Source: a bacterium (GTDB lineage Bacteria; SAR324; XYD2-FULL-50-16). Taken from it: a DNA stretch of 64,000 nt. This document shows positions 30,422 through 40,310 of this stretch, one piece after another; position 1 is the stretch's first letter, and each line of letters begins with the position of its first letter. The notes beneath the pieces were generated by a model. The model did not search any database, was not told the origin of the DNA, and saw only the letters and a program-made list of their open reading frames with translations. The translations under genes and the position numbers were made by a program. The stretch lies in contig JAVVEA010000002.1 of NCBI GenBank assembly GCA_032250835.1, positions 278,596 to 342,595 of the forward strand, written 5' to 3'.

Positions 30422-30838
30422 ATGAGCCAAAAAAATCCCTTCCTGGGCGTCTGGATATTAGACCCCAATTCTTGTCAGTACAGCATGGGCGAGCCTCCCA
30501 AATCGGGGCGTTACGAAATCCGCGAAGACGGAGACAAGCTGATCTTCACTATGGGTTGGGTGGACGCCGAAGACAAACCGCTGGAAATGAGCTTTGCGGT
30601 GCTGGTGGACGGAGAGGAACACCCCTTCGAAAACCCCGCCTTAGCCGACAGCACCAAATACCGCTACCAAAGTGAGCGGATCTTGGAGTCTTGGAGCTAT
30701 AAAGACGGCCGGGAATTGGGCTACTCGCGCCGCGAACTCAACGAAGCCGGAACCATCATGCTGGTGGTCCAGCAGGTCAGCGACCCTAATGGCGGCAGCC
30801 TGCAAAACCTCGCTACCTACCATTTAGGGACCGCTTGA
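30422..30838 (+). CDS. Hypothetical protein (lipocalin-like beta-barrel)
   Basis: NPFLGVWILDP start; AAGGAG RBS; its 3' end is duplicated downstream. Confidence 0.7.
   Translation: MSQKNPFLGVWILDPNSCQYSMGEPPKSGRYEIREDGDKLIFTMGWVDAEDKPLEMSFAVLVDGEEHPFENPALADSTKYRYQSERILESWSYKDGRELGYSRRELNEAGTIMLVVQQVSDPNGGSLQNLATYHLGTA
30707..30838 (+). repeat. 132-bp direct repeat, copy 1 (3' end of the 30422 gene)
   Basis: 114/132 identical to 32497-32628 (offset 1790 bp). Confidence 0.92.
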
Positions 30839-30848
30839 GTTCTTCTAA

Positions 30849-32339
30849 TTAGCCAAACTGTGGTCTTAGGCCGAAACCTTTTGGGGAACCTTTAGGCGGT
30901 TGCGGCGACGAGGTTCGCGTTTCCGCAGAGCCCAGAAGGTAGCACAGGATATGGGCTGGGATTTGAAAAATTTGAGTAGTTACCTCTTCAAAGGCTATTT
31001 CTCCAAAGTCTTCGATGTTTTTTGTGACTACATAGGCGCGGTCAATTCCTTTTTCCAGTGAATACTGAATAATGCCATCTTTTCTAGTTATCTTTGGGTT
31101 TTCCCGATACTTTACCTCAAAGGGTATTTCGGCATCAGGGCGTTGAACGATGATGTCCACTTCTTTTTTTGTGCGGGAGTCGCGCCAGTAACCAAACTTT
31201 GGTGTTTTAGAGTAATAATAAGCGTACAGGTGGCGCATTACGGTAGTTTCAACGATTAACCCCATTTCTTCGTCTCGCAGCAGAATTTCTTCCCCTTTCA
31301 GCAGCACAGCATTTCTCAGGGCGGCATCCACAAGATAATACTTGTTGCGGGCTTTGAGGACCTGTTTACCTTCTGTTGATAGCGGGGGCAGTCGGTAAAT
31401 TAAGTTGGCTTGCTCCAGATGCCCCAGGTAATCAGCAACAGTATTCGCAGGAACACCTAGTTCTTTGGCGCAAGTCTGTTTGGAGAGGATTCCGCCAGGG
31501 TGCTTGCAAAGGTAGTAAAAAAGACGTTCCATTTCATCAACATGCCGCACCCCAAAAAGGGAAGCCATATCACGTTTCAAAACCCTCTCGACTACGTCCT
31601 CTCTTAGAAGCCTTTGCCCTAGCGATACATCTTCTAATTTTGCGGTTTCAGGAAATCCGCCTACCAATAGGTAGCGTTTAAACCAAGGCAGTAAAGTCTT
31701 TGATTTTTGAGCAATGTGCCCCAACTCTGCCTGGGTGAGATAAACTAGGTCGATCGGAGCCGATACTCCGATGTCGGGTCCTGGTTCGCCAAGGATTCTT
31801 AAGAATTCATAAAAGGATAGGGTAGGGATGGGAATGGTGTCCCACCTGCCAACGCCGCTTTCCGCTAGCTCATGCTTTTGTGCAACACTAGCAGAGCCGG
31901 TCGCTAAAATGCGCAGATGTGGCTTGAAGTCCACCAAAAGCTTGATTTCGGTAGCCCAGTCTTTGACATATTGGACTTCATCAAGCAGCAAAGTAGCTGG
32001 TTTCTCCTCGGGGTGTACCTCCGAATGATACAATTCAATGATTTTTTCCAGTCGATTGAGCTTTAATAGTGGATGATCCAGGCTCAAATAAAGGATGCTT
32101 TTGGGTGGCTGCCCTGATTTGATCAAGTGATCAGCGGTCTGCTGTAAAATTGTGGTTTTGCCCACCCGGCGAGGTCCGGATAGTAGCGTAGCTCGCTGCA
32201 AATGGAGATTGGACAGGTTAGCCAAACATGAGTTGAAAGCAATACGCTTAAAATCAGGTACTTTGAAGCTTTTGTCGCTCCACCATGGATTAAAACCATG
32301 CAGAATTTGCAGCAGTTCCTGTTTGTCAAATATCCCCAT
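30849..32339 (-). CDS. AAA+ ATP-binding protein (AAA_14 + DUF4143 / PD-(D/E)xK-like C-terminus)
   Basis: GPRRVGKTT, LLDEVQ, ATGSAS, YLLVGGFPE, EVDII...FEVKY; AT-richer than neighbouring genes. Confidence 0.88.
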   Translation of the reverse strand: MGIFDKQELLQILHGFNPWWSDKSFKVPDFKRIAFNSCLANLSNLHLQRATLLSGPRRVGKTTILQQTADHLIKSGQPPKSILYLSLDHPLLKLNRLEKIIELYHSEVHPEEKPATLLLDEVQYVKDWATEIKLLVDFKPHLRILATGSASVAQKHELAESGVGRWDTIPIPTLSFYEFLRILGEPGPDIGVSAPIDLVYLTQAELGHIAQKSKTLLPWFKRYLLVGGFPETAKLEDVSLGQRLLREDVVERVLKRDMASLFGVRHVDEMERLFYYLCKHPGGILSKQTCAKELGVPANTVADYLGHLEQANLIYRLPPLSTEGKQVLKARNKYYLVDAALRNAVLLKGEEILLRDEEMGLIVETTVMRHLYAYYYSKTPKFGYWRDSRTKKEVDIIVQRPDAEIPFEVKYRENPKITRKDGIIQYSLEKGIDRAYVVTKNIEDFGEIAFEEVTTQIFQIPAHILCYLLGSAETRTSSPQPPKGSPKGFGLRPQFG

Positions 32340-32496
32340 GTCACCTCAATCGAAGTATCTTCTGTGATAAGTCATAGTTGTATCTATCATTTTTACAAAT
32401 AAAAATGAAATATAATTACTTTTTTGTAAAGTTTTGGATGGTTTGATCCTAAGGGATGGGACTTAGCCCCTGCTGCAGATAACCTACAAAAAATTT

Positions 32497-32628
32497 GGCC
32501 GGGAATTGGGCTAGGCGCTTCGCGAACTCAATGAGGCCGGAACCATCATGCTGCTGGTCCAACAGATCAGCGACCCCAAGGATGGCAGCCTGCAAAACCT
32601 AGCCACCTACCATTTGGGGACTGCTTAA
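32497..32628 (+). pseudogene. 132-bp direct repeat, copy 2 (orphan 3' fragment of the 30422 gene)
   Basis: Translates GRELG*ALRELNEAGTIMLLVQQISDPKDGSLQNLATYHLGTA*; in-frame TAG; its TAA overlaps the mraY stop. Confidence 0.85.
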
Positions 32629-33884
32629 CGCACCTTAAAGAAGATCATCAGGGCGATGACCAACAAGAATACGGCGCGTAGGTGGTTGTTCCAGATCACC
32701 TTGTTGTTGACCTGCTCGCGGTTGAGGTATTTGTCCTCGTCGGGGATATGTCCCCAGCCTAACTTGATCGCCCAGTCGTGCCAGATGCTGCGCACTTCGG
32801 GGTCTTCTTCGCGGTAGGTCAGTAAGACTTGGGCATGGTGGTGGTAAGGTGCCCGGAAGAAGAAACGGTTCTTTTGGGCCCATTGGCGGCCGCGCTTCTT
32901 GAGGGCGATTTTAAACCACACCCGCTGGATGATTACGCTCACGGCAGCGAGCACAAAGGAACCGCCCACGATAGGTAAGAATAACTCCGCGCCGACCAGC
33001 ACAAACATGGTGCAGATCGCCGCCCCTAAGCCCAAACTACCTACGTCGCCCATATAGATAGAGGCAGGCGGGCTGTTGAATTTTAAGAAGGCAAAACAGG
33101 CGGCAATCAAGCCAATGGCAAAGACCACCAGTTCCTTCAACTCAGGCGAAATAAAGAGAATTTTCAGCCGCTCAGCCCAGACGGCATCCCCGGCTACATA
33201 GGCCGCCGCCGCCACGAAGACGGTCGAGGTGATGATCGGCACCGAAGCCAGCGAATCCAACCCATCAGTCAGGTTGACCGCATTGGCTCCACCGACGATC
33301 ACCAAGATCACAAAGGGTATGAAGACCCACAAACTCAGCTCCGGCAGCCACGTTTTCATCGGGAAGCCGGGGATGTGTAGGTGCGTGTCCATCCCGCCAT
33401 TTTCGTAGGCCAACACCAGGATCACCAAAGTGGTGGCGAGCAATTCGAGCCCCAAGCGTATGCTGCCGCTGATTCCGTCGGCTTTATCTGCGTAATCCTT
33501 CTTTTCGGCCAGACCGGCCAGAATCCGCCTCTTTTGGCGTACCTTGCCCCAGTCGTCGGCGGCTCCGATGGCCGTGAAGGCGGCGGTGATGAACAACACC
33601 GCCAGGGAATACCGGTTGAGCCAGCCCCAGGCCAAAAAGGACAACATCAGGGCGGGCACCAAGACCAATCCACCCATAATTGGGGTCGCCCCCGCATAGG
33701 GCCCTTGGGATTCTTGATAAGGCGTAAAGTCTGAGGTGATCCCTTGGCGACGGAAAGTGCGGATCAGCCGGGGCATCACCGCGTTGACCAGCAAAAAACA
33801 GGTCAGATAGGTCAGGCCCGCCCGGAAAAAGACGGATTTGAATATTTGGTAGGGGAATATCCAATACAGCAGTTCAGCCAGCAT
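32625..33884 (-). CDS. mraY: Phospho-N-acetylmuramoyl-pentapeptide transferase
   Basis: TPIMGGL, GAADD, NAVNLTDGLD, YMGDVGSLGLG, RAPYHHH. Confidence 0.9.
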   Translation of the reverse strand: MLAELLYWIFPYQIFKSVFFRAGLTYLTCFLLVNAVMPRLIRTFRRQGITSDFTPYQESQGPYAGATPIMGGLVLVPALMLSFLAWGWLNRYSLAVLFITAAFTAIGAADDWGKVRQKRRILAGLAEKKDYADKADGISGSIRLGLELLATTLVILVLAYENGGMDTHLHIPGFPMKTWLPELSLWVFIPFVILVIVGGANAVNLTDGLDSLASVPIITSTVFVAAAAYVAGDAVWAERLKILFISPELKELVVFAIGLIAACFAFLKFNSPPASIYMGDVGSLGLGAAICTMFVLVGAELFLPIVGGSFVLAAVSVIIQRVWFKIALKKRGRQWAQKNRFFFRAPYHHHAQVLLTYREEDPEVRSIWHDWAIKLGWGHIPDEDKYLNREQVNNKVIWNNHLRAVFLLVIALMIFFKVR

Positions 33885-33885
33885 C

Positions 33886-34515
33886 TCAAATTCCTGCCAA
33901 GAACGGGTTGCTTGCCTTCTCTGCGCCGATGAAGCTGCTGGGGCCGTGGCCTGGATGGACCCGTAGACCTTCGTCTAGGGGCATCAATTTGTCTTTGAGG
34001 CTGCGCATCAATTGCTGGTAGTCTCCGCCCGGTAGGTCCGTGCGGCCAATGGAACCCGCAAAGAGGCTGTCGCCCGTAAAGAGGTCGTTCTCGACCTTCA
34101 AGCAAACCCCGCCGGGTGTGTGCCCCGGTGTTTCGATCACTTCAATCTCAAAGCTGCCCACTTTCACCCGCATGCCTTCGACCAGGTCCTGGTCGCGCCG
34201 GGGCACCTTGCCGTCACCAAAGCCGTAGAAGGATTGAGAAGGGATCAGCATTTTGAGCAGCATATCTTCGTTGGCGTGGGCATAAAAAGGCAGGTCCCAA
34301 AGCTCTTGTAACGCCGCCACCGCTGAAACATGGTCCACGTGGCAGTGGGTGTTGATCAGGATTTTGGGGGTCAAGCCCAACCGCTGGACCTCGGCGGCGA
34401 TGCGCGGGGCCTCGTCACCGGCGTCGATGACCGCCGCCTCATGGGTTTCGGGGCAATAGACGATGAAGCAGCACTCCACCAGGGGGGAAACCTCGATCCG
34501 CACGAATTTATGCAT
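33886..34515 (-). CDS. MBL-fold metallo-hydrolase (glyoxalase II-like)
   Basis: THCHVDH, TPGHTPG, FTGDSLF, GRTDLPGG, PGHG. Confidence 0.92.
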   Translation of the reverse strand: MHKFVRIEVSPLVECCFIVYCPETHEAAVIDAGDEAPRIAAEVQRLGLTPKILINTHCHVDHVSAVAALQELWDLPFYAHANEDMLLKMLIPSQSFYGFGDGKVPRRDQDLVEGMRVKVGSFEIEVIETPGHTPGGVCLKVENDLFTGDSLFAGSIGRTDLPGGDYQQLMRSLKDKLMPLDEGLRVHPGHGPSSFIGAEKASNPFLAGI

Positions 34516-36085
34516 TGAGTCTCTTACACGCATCGGTAACCATCTGGTGGGCCTTGTCGACCCCCATGATGGCAAAGAAGGGGCCGATTTTCGGTCCCTG
34601 CGATTTCCCCAAAAGCGCCCCATATAAAAAGCCAAACCACTCGCGTGGGTTGCGGTCTACCTCTTTGGCCAAGCTGAACAATTTGGTTTGCAATTCTTCG
34701 CCGTCCAAGCCCGCATTGGCCGGATCGGCCAGTAGCTGCTCCAACTGTTTGAGCTGGTCCATAAAGCTCAGGTCCAGTTCCGGTGCTGCTTCCTTCTGGC
34801 CCGCCGCTTGATCTTGGGCGAGCAGACAGATGCGCAAGCAAAGGTCGCGGAAGAAATCTTCTTGTTCGCCTACGGCGGGATCATACTTTAAGGCGTAGTC
34901 GTAGAGCAAGTCCGCCTCATAGATGCTTAACGCATCAGCCAAGTTAAAGAGCAGGGCATAAGAGGTTTCCGACTTCAGTTGCGGCTGATCACTTAGGTCG
35001 TGGCCTTGGATGCGGGCCAGATACCAAGGAGCCGTAAACGCTTCGGCGCTGACATCGGCGCGGATAGCCTGTAGGTATTCGTCCACCAAACGCGGCAAGA
35101 GGGGCAGGCCCATCTTTTTGGCCTTGTTCGGGTTGCCCAGCAAGAAATTGAGCAACGCTCCGAGTGGGGCATAGCGGGTCCATTGGTCCATGCTGATGCC
35201 GTTGCCGATCTTTTTGCTGATCTTCGCGCCTTCTTCGTCTAAGAACAGCTCGTATTTATAGGGCACCGGAGCCTTACCGCCCAGGGCGCGGCAGATCTTT
35301 CCCGAGAGGCTGGCCGACTCCATCAGGTCCTTGCCGTACATCTCGTAATCCACCCCGTAAACAAACCAGCGCAGCGCCCAGTCCACCTTCCATCCGACTT
35401 TGGCCTGGCCGTCTAAGATACTGGTTTTTCCTTGGTGGCCGCAGGATTGGTAAAGCTCGCCGTCTTTATCGCAGACATAATCTAAGGCGTAGCCTTCGCG
35501 GTCGGTGCCCACCACCCGAGTGGTGTATATTTTCCCACAGCTTTCACAGATCGGGAAGAAGGGGCTCCAATCGTCGCGCTTGTCTTCGGCGATGGTTTTG
35601 ATGAAGAGGTCACGGACCTGATCATAATGGTCCATCACCGCTTTGAGGCCTTCGTTAAAGCGGCCTGAGCGGTAGGCTTCGGTGCTGGATTGGTATTCGT
35701 AGTCAAAGCCGTAGTGGTCTAAAAACTCCCGCAGCTTGCCATTCATGTGGCCGCTGAAGCTGTCGGCCGTTTCAAAGGGATCGGGAATCTGTGAGAGCGG
35801 CTTGCCCAAGTGCGGGCGCAGCAAATCATGGTTGGGCACGTTCTCGGGCAGGCTGCGCAGGCCGTCCATGTCGTCGCAAAACACCACCAGCTTAGTCTGG
35901 GCCTTGGGCTCCAGTTGCTTGAGTGCCTCGATCACAAAGAGGGTGCGGACCACCTCGGCAAAGGTGCCGATGTGCGGTAGTCCCGATGGACCAAAGCCGG
36001 TCTCAAAAAAGATCGGTCGGTCCAGGTCACCATGTTGGTCGAGAATTTTTTGGGCCTCTTGCTGGGGCCATGCGACGATGGGCAT
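34508..36085 (-). CDS. lysS: Class I lysine--tRNA ligase
   Basis: FETGFGPSGLPHIGTFAEV (HIGH), WKVDWALRW, KISKKIGN (KMSKS), GPKIGPF. Confidence 0.95.
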   Translation of the reverse strand: MPIVAWPQQEAQKILDQHGDLDRPIFFETGFGPSGLPHIGTFAEVVRTLFVIEALKQLEPKAQTKLVVFCDDMDGLRSLPENVPNHDLLRPHLGKPLSQIPDPFETADSFSGHMNGKLREFLDHYGFDYEYQSSTEAYRSGRFNEGLKAVMDHYDQVRDLFIKTIAEDKRDDWSPFFPICESCGKIYTTRVVGTDREGYALDYVCDKDGELYQSCGHQGKTSILDGQAKVGWKVDWALRWFVYGVDYEMYGKDLMESASLSGKICRALGGKAPVPYKYELFLDEEGAKISKKIGNGISMDQWTRYAPLGALLNFLLGNPNKAKKMGLPLLPRLVDEYLQAIRADVSAEAFTAPWYLARIQGHDLSDQPQLKSETSYALLFNLADALSIYEADLLYDYALKYDPAVGEQEDFFRDLCLRICLLAQDQAAGQKEAAPELDLSFMDQLKQLEQLLADPANAGLDGEELQTKLFSLAKEVDRNPREWFGFLYGALLGKSQGPKIGPFFAIMGVDKAHQMVTDACKRLNA

Positions 36086-36105
36086 AGGTCTGGGTACTCC
36101 GGTGG

Positions 36106-36915
36106 TTATTCTGGGGTTTCTACAAGGCGGATTTCAGCAATTTTCGGACGTTCTAAGGGCTGGGCAATGTCCAGGACCACTTCGGCCTTCTGGCGGCCTC
36201 TGGTGCCGACAGCGGTCAAACCGTAGGTGATATGGTCGTAGGCATAGGTTACGTCGGGCCAATAGGTGAACTCTTGCAACTCACCGATCTGGGCCAACAG
36301 TTGCCGGTCTTGGCGCAACGCCTCGGAGGCCATCAGATAACCCTGGCTTTTCTTGATGCTGATCGGTTGGGCGAAGGTGTAAAGACTCCACAGCGCCGAA
36401 ACCAGGGTCATGGCGGCCAAGGCCTTGTGGGTCACCCGGCGTACCTTAGGCGGCTTGACCACTTCGGCCACCAGGGTCAGGGCGTATTTGTCGCCTAAGC
36501 GGCGGGCATAGTCGTCGAGCAGCATCACCACAATTTCTATAGGCAGCAAGATCAGAAAGAGGTTGCGCTTGATCCGCTGGCTCTGGTCGGCGAGGACCAA
36601 ATTAGGGTCCACCTTGGCGACATAGAGATTTAAAAAGGCTTTGCCGATGCTCTGCCCGGCAATGCTGTCGCGCAGAACAAAGAGCGCTAGGCCAATGAGA
36701 TAGACCGGGATCAATTGAACCACCAAATCCTGGGTGCCCATTAGGTCCCAATCATTGGGCAAGAAGAAGGGATAAATCCCGGCGAGCACCAACATGATCC
36801 AGGTATAATCGACCATAAAGGCCAAGTAGCGCTTGGCGGTGGTGGCGATTTGCCGGGGAAACTGTTCGGACCTTTCAGGTTGCGAGTCGGCTAAGAACTT
36901 TTTGATGAATCCCAT
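36106..36915 (-). CDS. RDD-family membrane protein with C-terminal extension
   Basis: KRYLAFMVD, GQSIGK, RRLGDKYA.T.V. Confidence 0.8.
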   Translation of the reverse strand: MGFIKKFLADSQPERSEQFPRQIATTAKRYLAFMVDYTWIMLVLAGIYPFFLPNDWDLMGTQDLVVQLIPVYLIGLALFVLRDSIAGQSIGKAFLNLYVAKVDPNLVLADQSQRIKRNLFLILLPIEIVVMLLDDYARRLGDKYALTLVAEVVKPPKVRRVTHKALAAMTLVSALWSLYTFAQPISIKKSQGYLMASEALRQDRQLLAQIGELQEFTYWPDVTYAYDHITYGLTAVGTRGRQKAEVVLDIAQPLERPKIAEIRLVETPE

Positions 36916-38841
36916 CTATGGTCCCAAGATCAGGAGGTATCCCCCTGGATGATTGCGGTCGGCGCGCAGGTCACGCACCAGCCCGAAGCCCTCGGCCCTT
37001 GCTACAATGCCCTCGCGGCCCGCCAAAAAGAGCGCCTCGCGTAGGCTTTTGCCCAGCAATAGGTGTTTGATGCGGCGTAGGTCCTTATCCTTGCCGAGAA
37101 CGGCGGTCTTGTCCAGTCTTTGGGCCTGGGCGCGGCTCAGTGCGGTGGCCTCGGACTCGAAGGGCGCTTGGCCCGAAGGGTCCAAGTCCCTGATACGCTC
37201 GGTGATTTTTCGAAAAACCGGGGCAGCGCTGCGCCCGCCTAGGTAGGTGCCTTTGGGCTCGTCGATCATGACGTATAAGGTGACCCAGGGGCGCTCGGCG
37301 GGAAAGAAGCCGATGAAGGAAGAGATGTGTTTTTGGGCCGAATACTCGCCCTTTTCGCGGTCGAATTTGCGGCTGGTACCGCTCTTGGCGGCAATATTCA
37401 GTCCCCTGATGGCCGCCAACCGCCCGGTTCCTTCGGGTTCGGTGACCGAAACCATATAACGGGTCATTAGTTTGGCTACCTCGGGGTCCAGTAAACGGTG
37501 GCGGTCCTGTTCGGGCAGCTCTAAGGGCTGTCCGCCCGAGGTCTTCATCCAGTCCACAATCCGGGGTTCGACATAAACCCCGTCGTTGGCAATGGCATTG
37601 ATCGCTGCGGCCATCTGGACCGGAGTGACGCTGATGGCGTGGCCGTAAGACATGGTGGCCACTTTGACGGGGGTCCAGTCCTGGGGCTCATAGACCTTAC
37701 CGGCCGACTCGGCGGGAAGGCCTAGGCGGGTGGTCTGGCCGAAGCCGAAACTGCGGATGCTCTGGTAAAAGGTATCTTTGGGCAGCAGCAGGCCGATTTT
37801 AGCGGCGCAGATGTTTGAGGATTTTTGGATGATCTTTTCTAAAGAAAGCCAGCCATATTCGCCCACGTCGTGGATCACCCGGTCTTGGATCTGGTAACTG
37901 CCTTCTTCGCAATAAAAGAAGTCTTCGGCACCGACCACCTTGTTTTGCAAAGCCGTCGAAAGGGTGACTACCTTGAAGGTAGAGCCGGGCTCATAGGCAA
38001 CGCCAATGGCACGGTTAAAATAGGTGCTGCGGTCAAATTTTTCGAATTTGTTGGGGTCAAAGTCAGGCTGGTTGGCCATGGCCAGAATGCGGCCCGTCTT
38101 GGTTTCCATCAAGATAGCCACGCCGCCGATGCCCTCTAGGGCTTTGAGCCCTTTATTCAACTCGTCTTCAACGTAATATTGTAACCGGCTGTCTAAGGTC
38201 AGGCCGATGTCCCCACCGGTCAAGCGGTCTACCGGCGAACCGGTGACTACGCTGGCCCAGGTCTCTTGGCGGTCTGAGCCGTCCATTAGGTGCTGGTTGT
38301 AGCGGTATTCTAGTCCCTCTAACCCCTTGGAGTCGATGCCCACAAAGCCCAGCAATTGGGCGGCGTGGTTTTGTAGTGGGTAAAAGCGTTGGTATTCGGG
38401 CATGCTGTGCACCCCGGCTAAGTCTAACTCAGTGACCATCTCGGCGAGCAGCGGGTGGACCTGCCGCTTGAGCCAAGCGAAGGGGCCCGGCTCGCTGACC
38501 TTGCGGTATAAAGCCTCGGCCCCGGTGCCCAGGAGGGGAGACAGGTTGCGGGCCAACTCGACCGGTTCGGTCACTTCTGGGGGCACCACAAAAAGGCTTT
38601 GCATCGGGATCGAGACGGCCAAAAGGCTGCCCGAAGCATCAGAGATGGTGCCTCGCTGCAATTGGATGTCCTTGGCTTGGCGGTATTGCCTTGCCGCACG
38701 GCGTTCCAGGTCGTCTTTAAGGTAGACTTGCAGGTATAAGGAACGGCCCAAAATAGCCGCAACAGCCAAAAAAAACAGGATTTTTACGAACTTGAGGCGC
38801 TGAGAAAAGCTGCGCTCTGCCAGATCTTTAGTCAGACCCAT
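36916..38841 (-). CDS. ftsI: Class B penicillin-binding protein (FtsI/PBP3)
   Basis: RGTISD, GLEGLE, EPGSTFK (SxxK), KSSN (SxN), KSGT; follows rsmH-ftsL; PASTA-like tail. Confidence 0.9.
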   Translation of the reverse strand: MGLTKDLAERSFSQRLKFVKILFFLAVAAILGRSLYLQVYLKDDLERRAARQYRQAKDIQLQRGTISDASGSLLAVSIPMQSLFVVPPEVTEPVELARNLSPLLGTGAEALYRKVSEPGPFAWLKRQVHPLLAEMVTELDLAGVHSMPEYQRFYPLQNHAAQLLGFVGIDSKGLEGLEYRYNQHLMDGSDRQETWASVVTGSPVDRLTGGDIGLTLDSRLQYYVEDELNKGLKALEGIGGVAILMETKTGRILAMANQPDFDPNKFEKFDRSTYFNRAIGVAYEPGSTFKVVTLSTALQNKVVGAEDFFYCEEGSYQIQDRVIHDVGEYGWLSLEKIIQKSSNICAAKIGLLLPKDTFYQSIRSFGFGQTTRLGLPAESAGKVYEPQDWTPVKVATMSYGHAISVTPVQMAAAINAIANDGVYVEPRIVDWMKTSGGQPLELPEQDRHRLLDPEVAKLMTRYMVSVTEPEGTGRLAAIRGLNIAAKSGTSRKFDREKGEYSAQKHISSFIGFFPAERPWVTLYVMIDEPKGTYLGGRSAAPVFRKITERIRDLDPSGQAPFESEATALSRAQAQRLDKTAVLGKDKDLRRIKHLLLGKSLREALFLAGREGIVARAEGFGLVRDLRADRNHPGGYLLILGP

Positions 38842-39251
38842 TATTCCTCCGCCGCCGCAGAGGTGTCCGCAGGGGTCTCAAGGAGCTCGGCTTCAACCGG
38901 CGCGGCCGCCGGAGGTACCGGAGGAGCGAGGGTAAACTTTTGCCACTCACCAGGACGCTCCAAACCCATCACGGTCGCTCTGGCTTCGACCCGGCTGATC
39001 CGCGTCAAGTAGGTTTCTTCGAGCTTTAGGGGTAAAATTTCAGCCAGTAGCTTTTGCTTTTCTTTCATCAATGTTTTGATCCGCCGTTCGGTGCGGATGA
39101 ATTCCACGCGCTGCTGCACAAAATAAAAAGCCACCCCAAACAAAAGGGCCCAGGCGAGCAGCATACGCAAACTGCCGCGCTTGCGGGTACCCGATGATTT
39201 GCGGACCAGCCGCGAACTGGTCGGGCGGCCAAAACTAGGGTAGTCCTTCAT
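38841..39251 (-). CDS. ftsL: FtsL-like cell division protein
   Basis: Single TM helix then coiled coil, LTRISRVEARA; lies between rsmH and ftsI with overlapping stop/start codons. Confidence 0.7.
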   Translation of the reverse strand: MKDYPSFGRPTSSRLVRKSSGTRKRGSLRMLLAWALLFGVAFYFVQQRVEFIRTERRIKTLMKEKQKLLAEILPLKLEETYLTRISRVEARATVMGLERPGEWQKFTLAPPVPPAAAPVEAELLETPADTSAAAEE

Positions 39252-40174
39252 TGGCGCTCGAAGATTCGGAGTTTTGCGCTGCGGGCGCGGGGGTTCATGG
39301 CGATTTCTTCCTCGCTGGCGGTTACCGGCTTTTTGGTCACCCGATGACCCAAAGGCAGTCGCCCGCATTGGCAATAGGGAATTTGTGGCGGACAAATGCA
39401 TGGGCTTTCCCATTGGACAAAGGCCTGTTTGACCGGGCGGTCCTCTAGGGAATGGAATGAAATGATGGCAAGTCTACCGCCCAAATTCAAGAGCTCCTTA
39501 GCAGATTCCAAAAATCTATCCAATTGGCCCAATTCGTCGTTCACTGCAATCCGAAGCGCCTGGAACACCTTGGTGGCCGGGTGGATTTTTTTGGGGTGCA
39601 GTTTGCGGGGGATGGCACCGAAGACTAGGTCGGCTAGTTGGGCCGTTTCGGTGAGGGGTTCCTGCGTTCGTCTGGCGCAAATCCGGGCGGCAATCCTCGG
39701 GGCAAAGCTTTCCTCACCGTAGCGGTAGAAGATTTGGGTCAGCTCCTTTTCGTCTGCTTGGGCCAGCAATTCGGCGACGCTTTGGCCCTGACTCGGGTCC
39801 ATACGCATATCCAACGGACCGTTTTGGCCAAAGGAAAAGCCCCGCTCGGCTCGGTCTAGTTGGTGGCTGGAAACTCCTAGATCGGCCAAGATGTAGTCCA
39901 CCTTTAGGCCCTCTTCTTGGTACGCTACGGCCTGCTCGGCAAAGGCCCCTTTGCGGATTTTGGCGCGGGTCCCAAAGGGCTCTAAGGCGATTTTTGCCGC
40001 CGCCAGGGCCTGTTCGTCTCGGTCGCTACCGATCAGCGATAGCTCGGGGAATTGGCGCAGCAAAGCCGCCGAATGGCCGCCGCCACCTAGGGTGAAATCA
40101 AGGCATAGCTTGGCTGTAGCGGGGCAGAAGGAGAGCACCTCATCAAGCAATACGGGACGATGGGAAAAGGACAT
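39248..40174 (-). CDS. rsmH: 16S rRNA m4C1402 methyltransferase
   Basis: HRPVLLDE, DFTLGGGGHS, DLGVSSHQLD, LDMRMD, ISFHSLEDR, NPRARSAKLR. Confidence 0.97.
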   Translation of the reverse strand: MSFSHRPVLLDEVLSFCPATAKLCLDFTLGGGGHSAALLRQFPELSLIGSDRDEQALAAAKIALEPFGTRAKIRKGAFAEQAVAYQEEGLKVDYILADLGVSSHQLDRAERGFSFGQNGPLDMRMDPSQGQSVAELLAQADEKELTQIFYRYGEESFAPRIAARICARRTQEPLTETAQLADLVFGAIPRKLHPKKIHPATKVFQALRIAVNDELGQLDRFLESAKELLNLGGRLAIISFHSLEDRPVKQAFVQWESPCICPPQIPYCQCGRLPLGHRVTKKPVTASEEEIAMNPRARSAKLRIFERQ

Positions 40175-40310
40175 GATGGCGAACCTTTGGGTTAGGCCCT
40201 GATCTTGCTAGAATGGGGCCTGGATGAAAAGCCCAAAAGGCATTTGCATTGCCCCCAAAAGTCGGGCGTGGTAAATTAACTAATGGGCGCAGCACTTAAG
40301 AGGCCAATTG

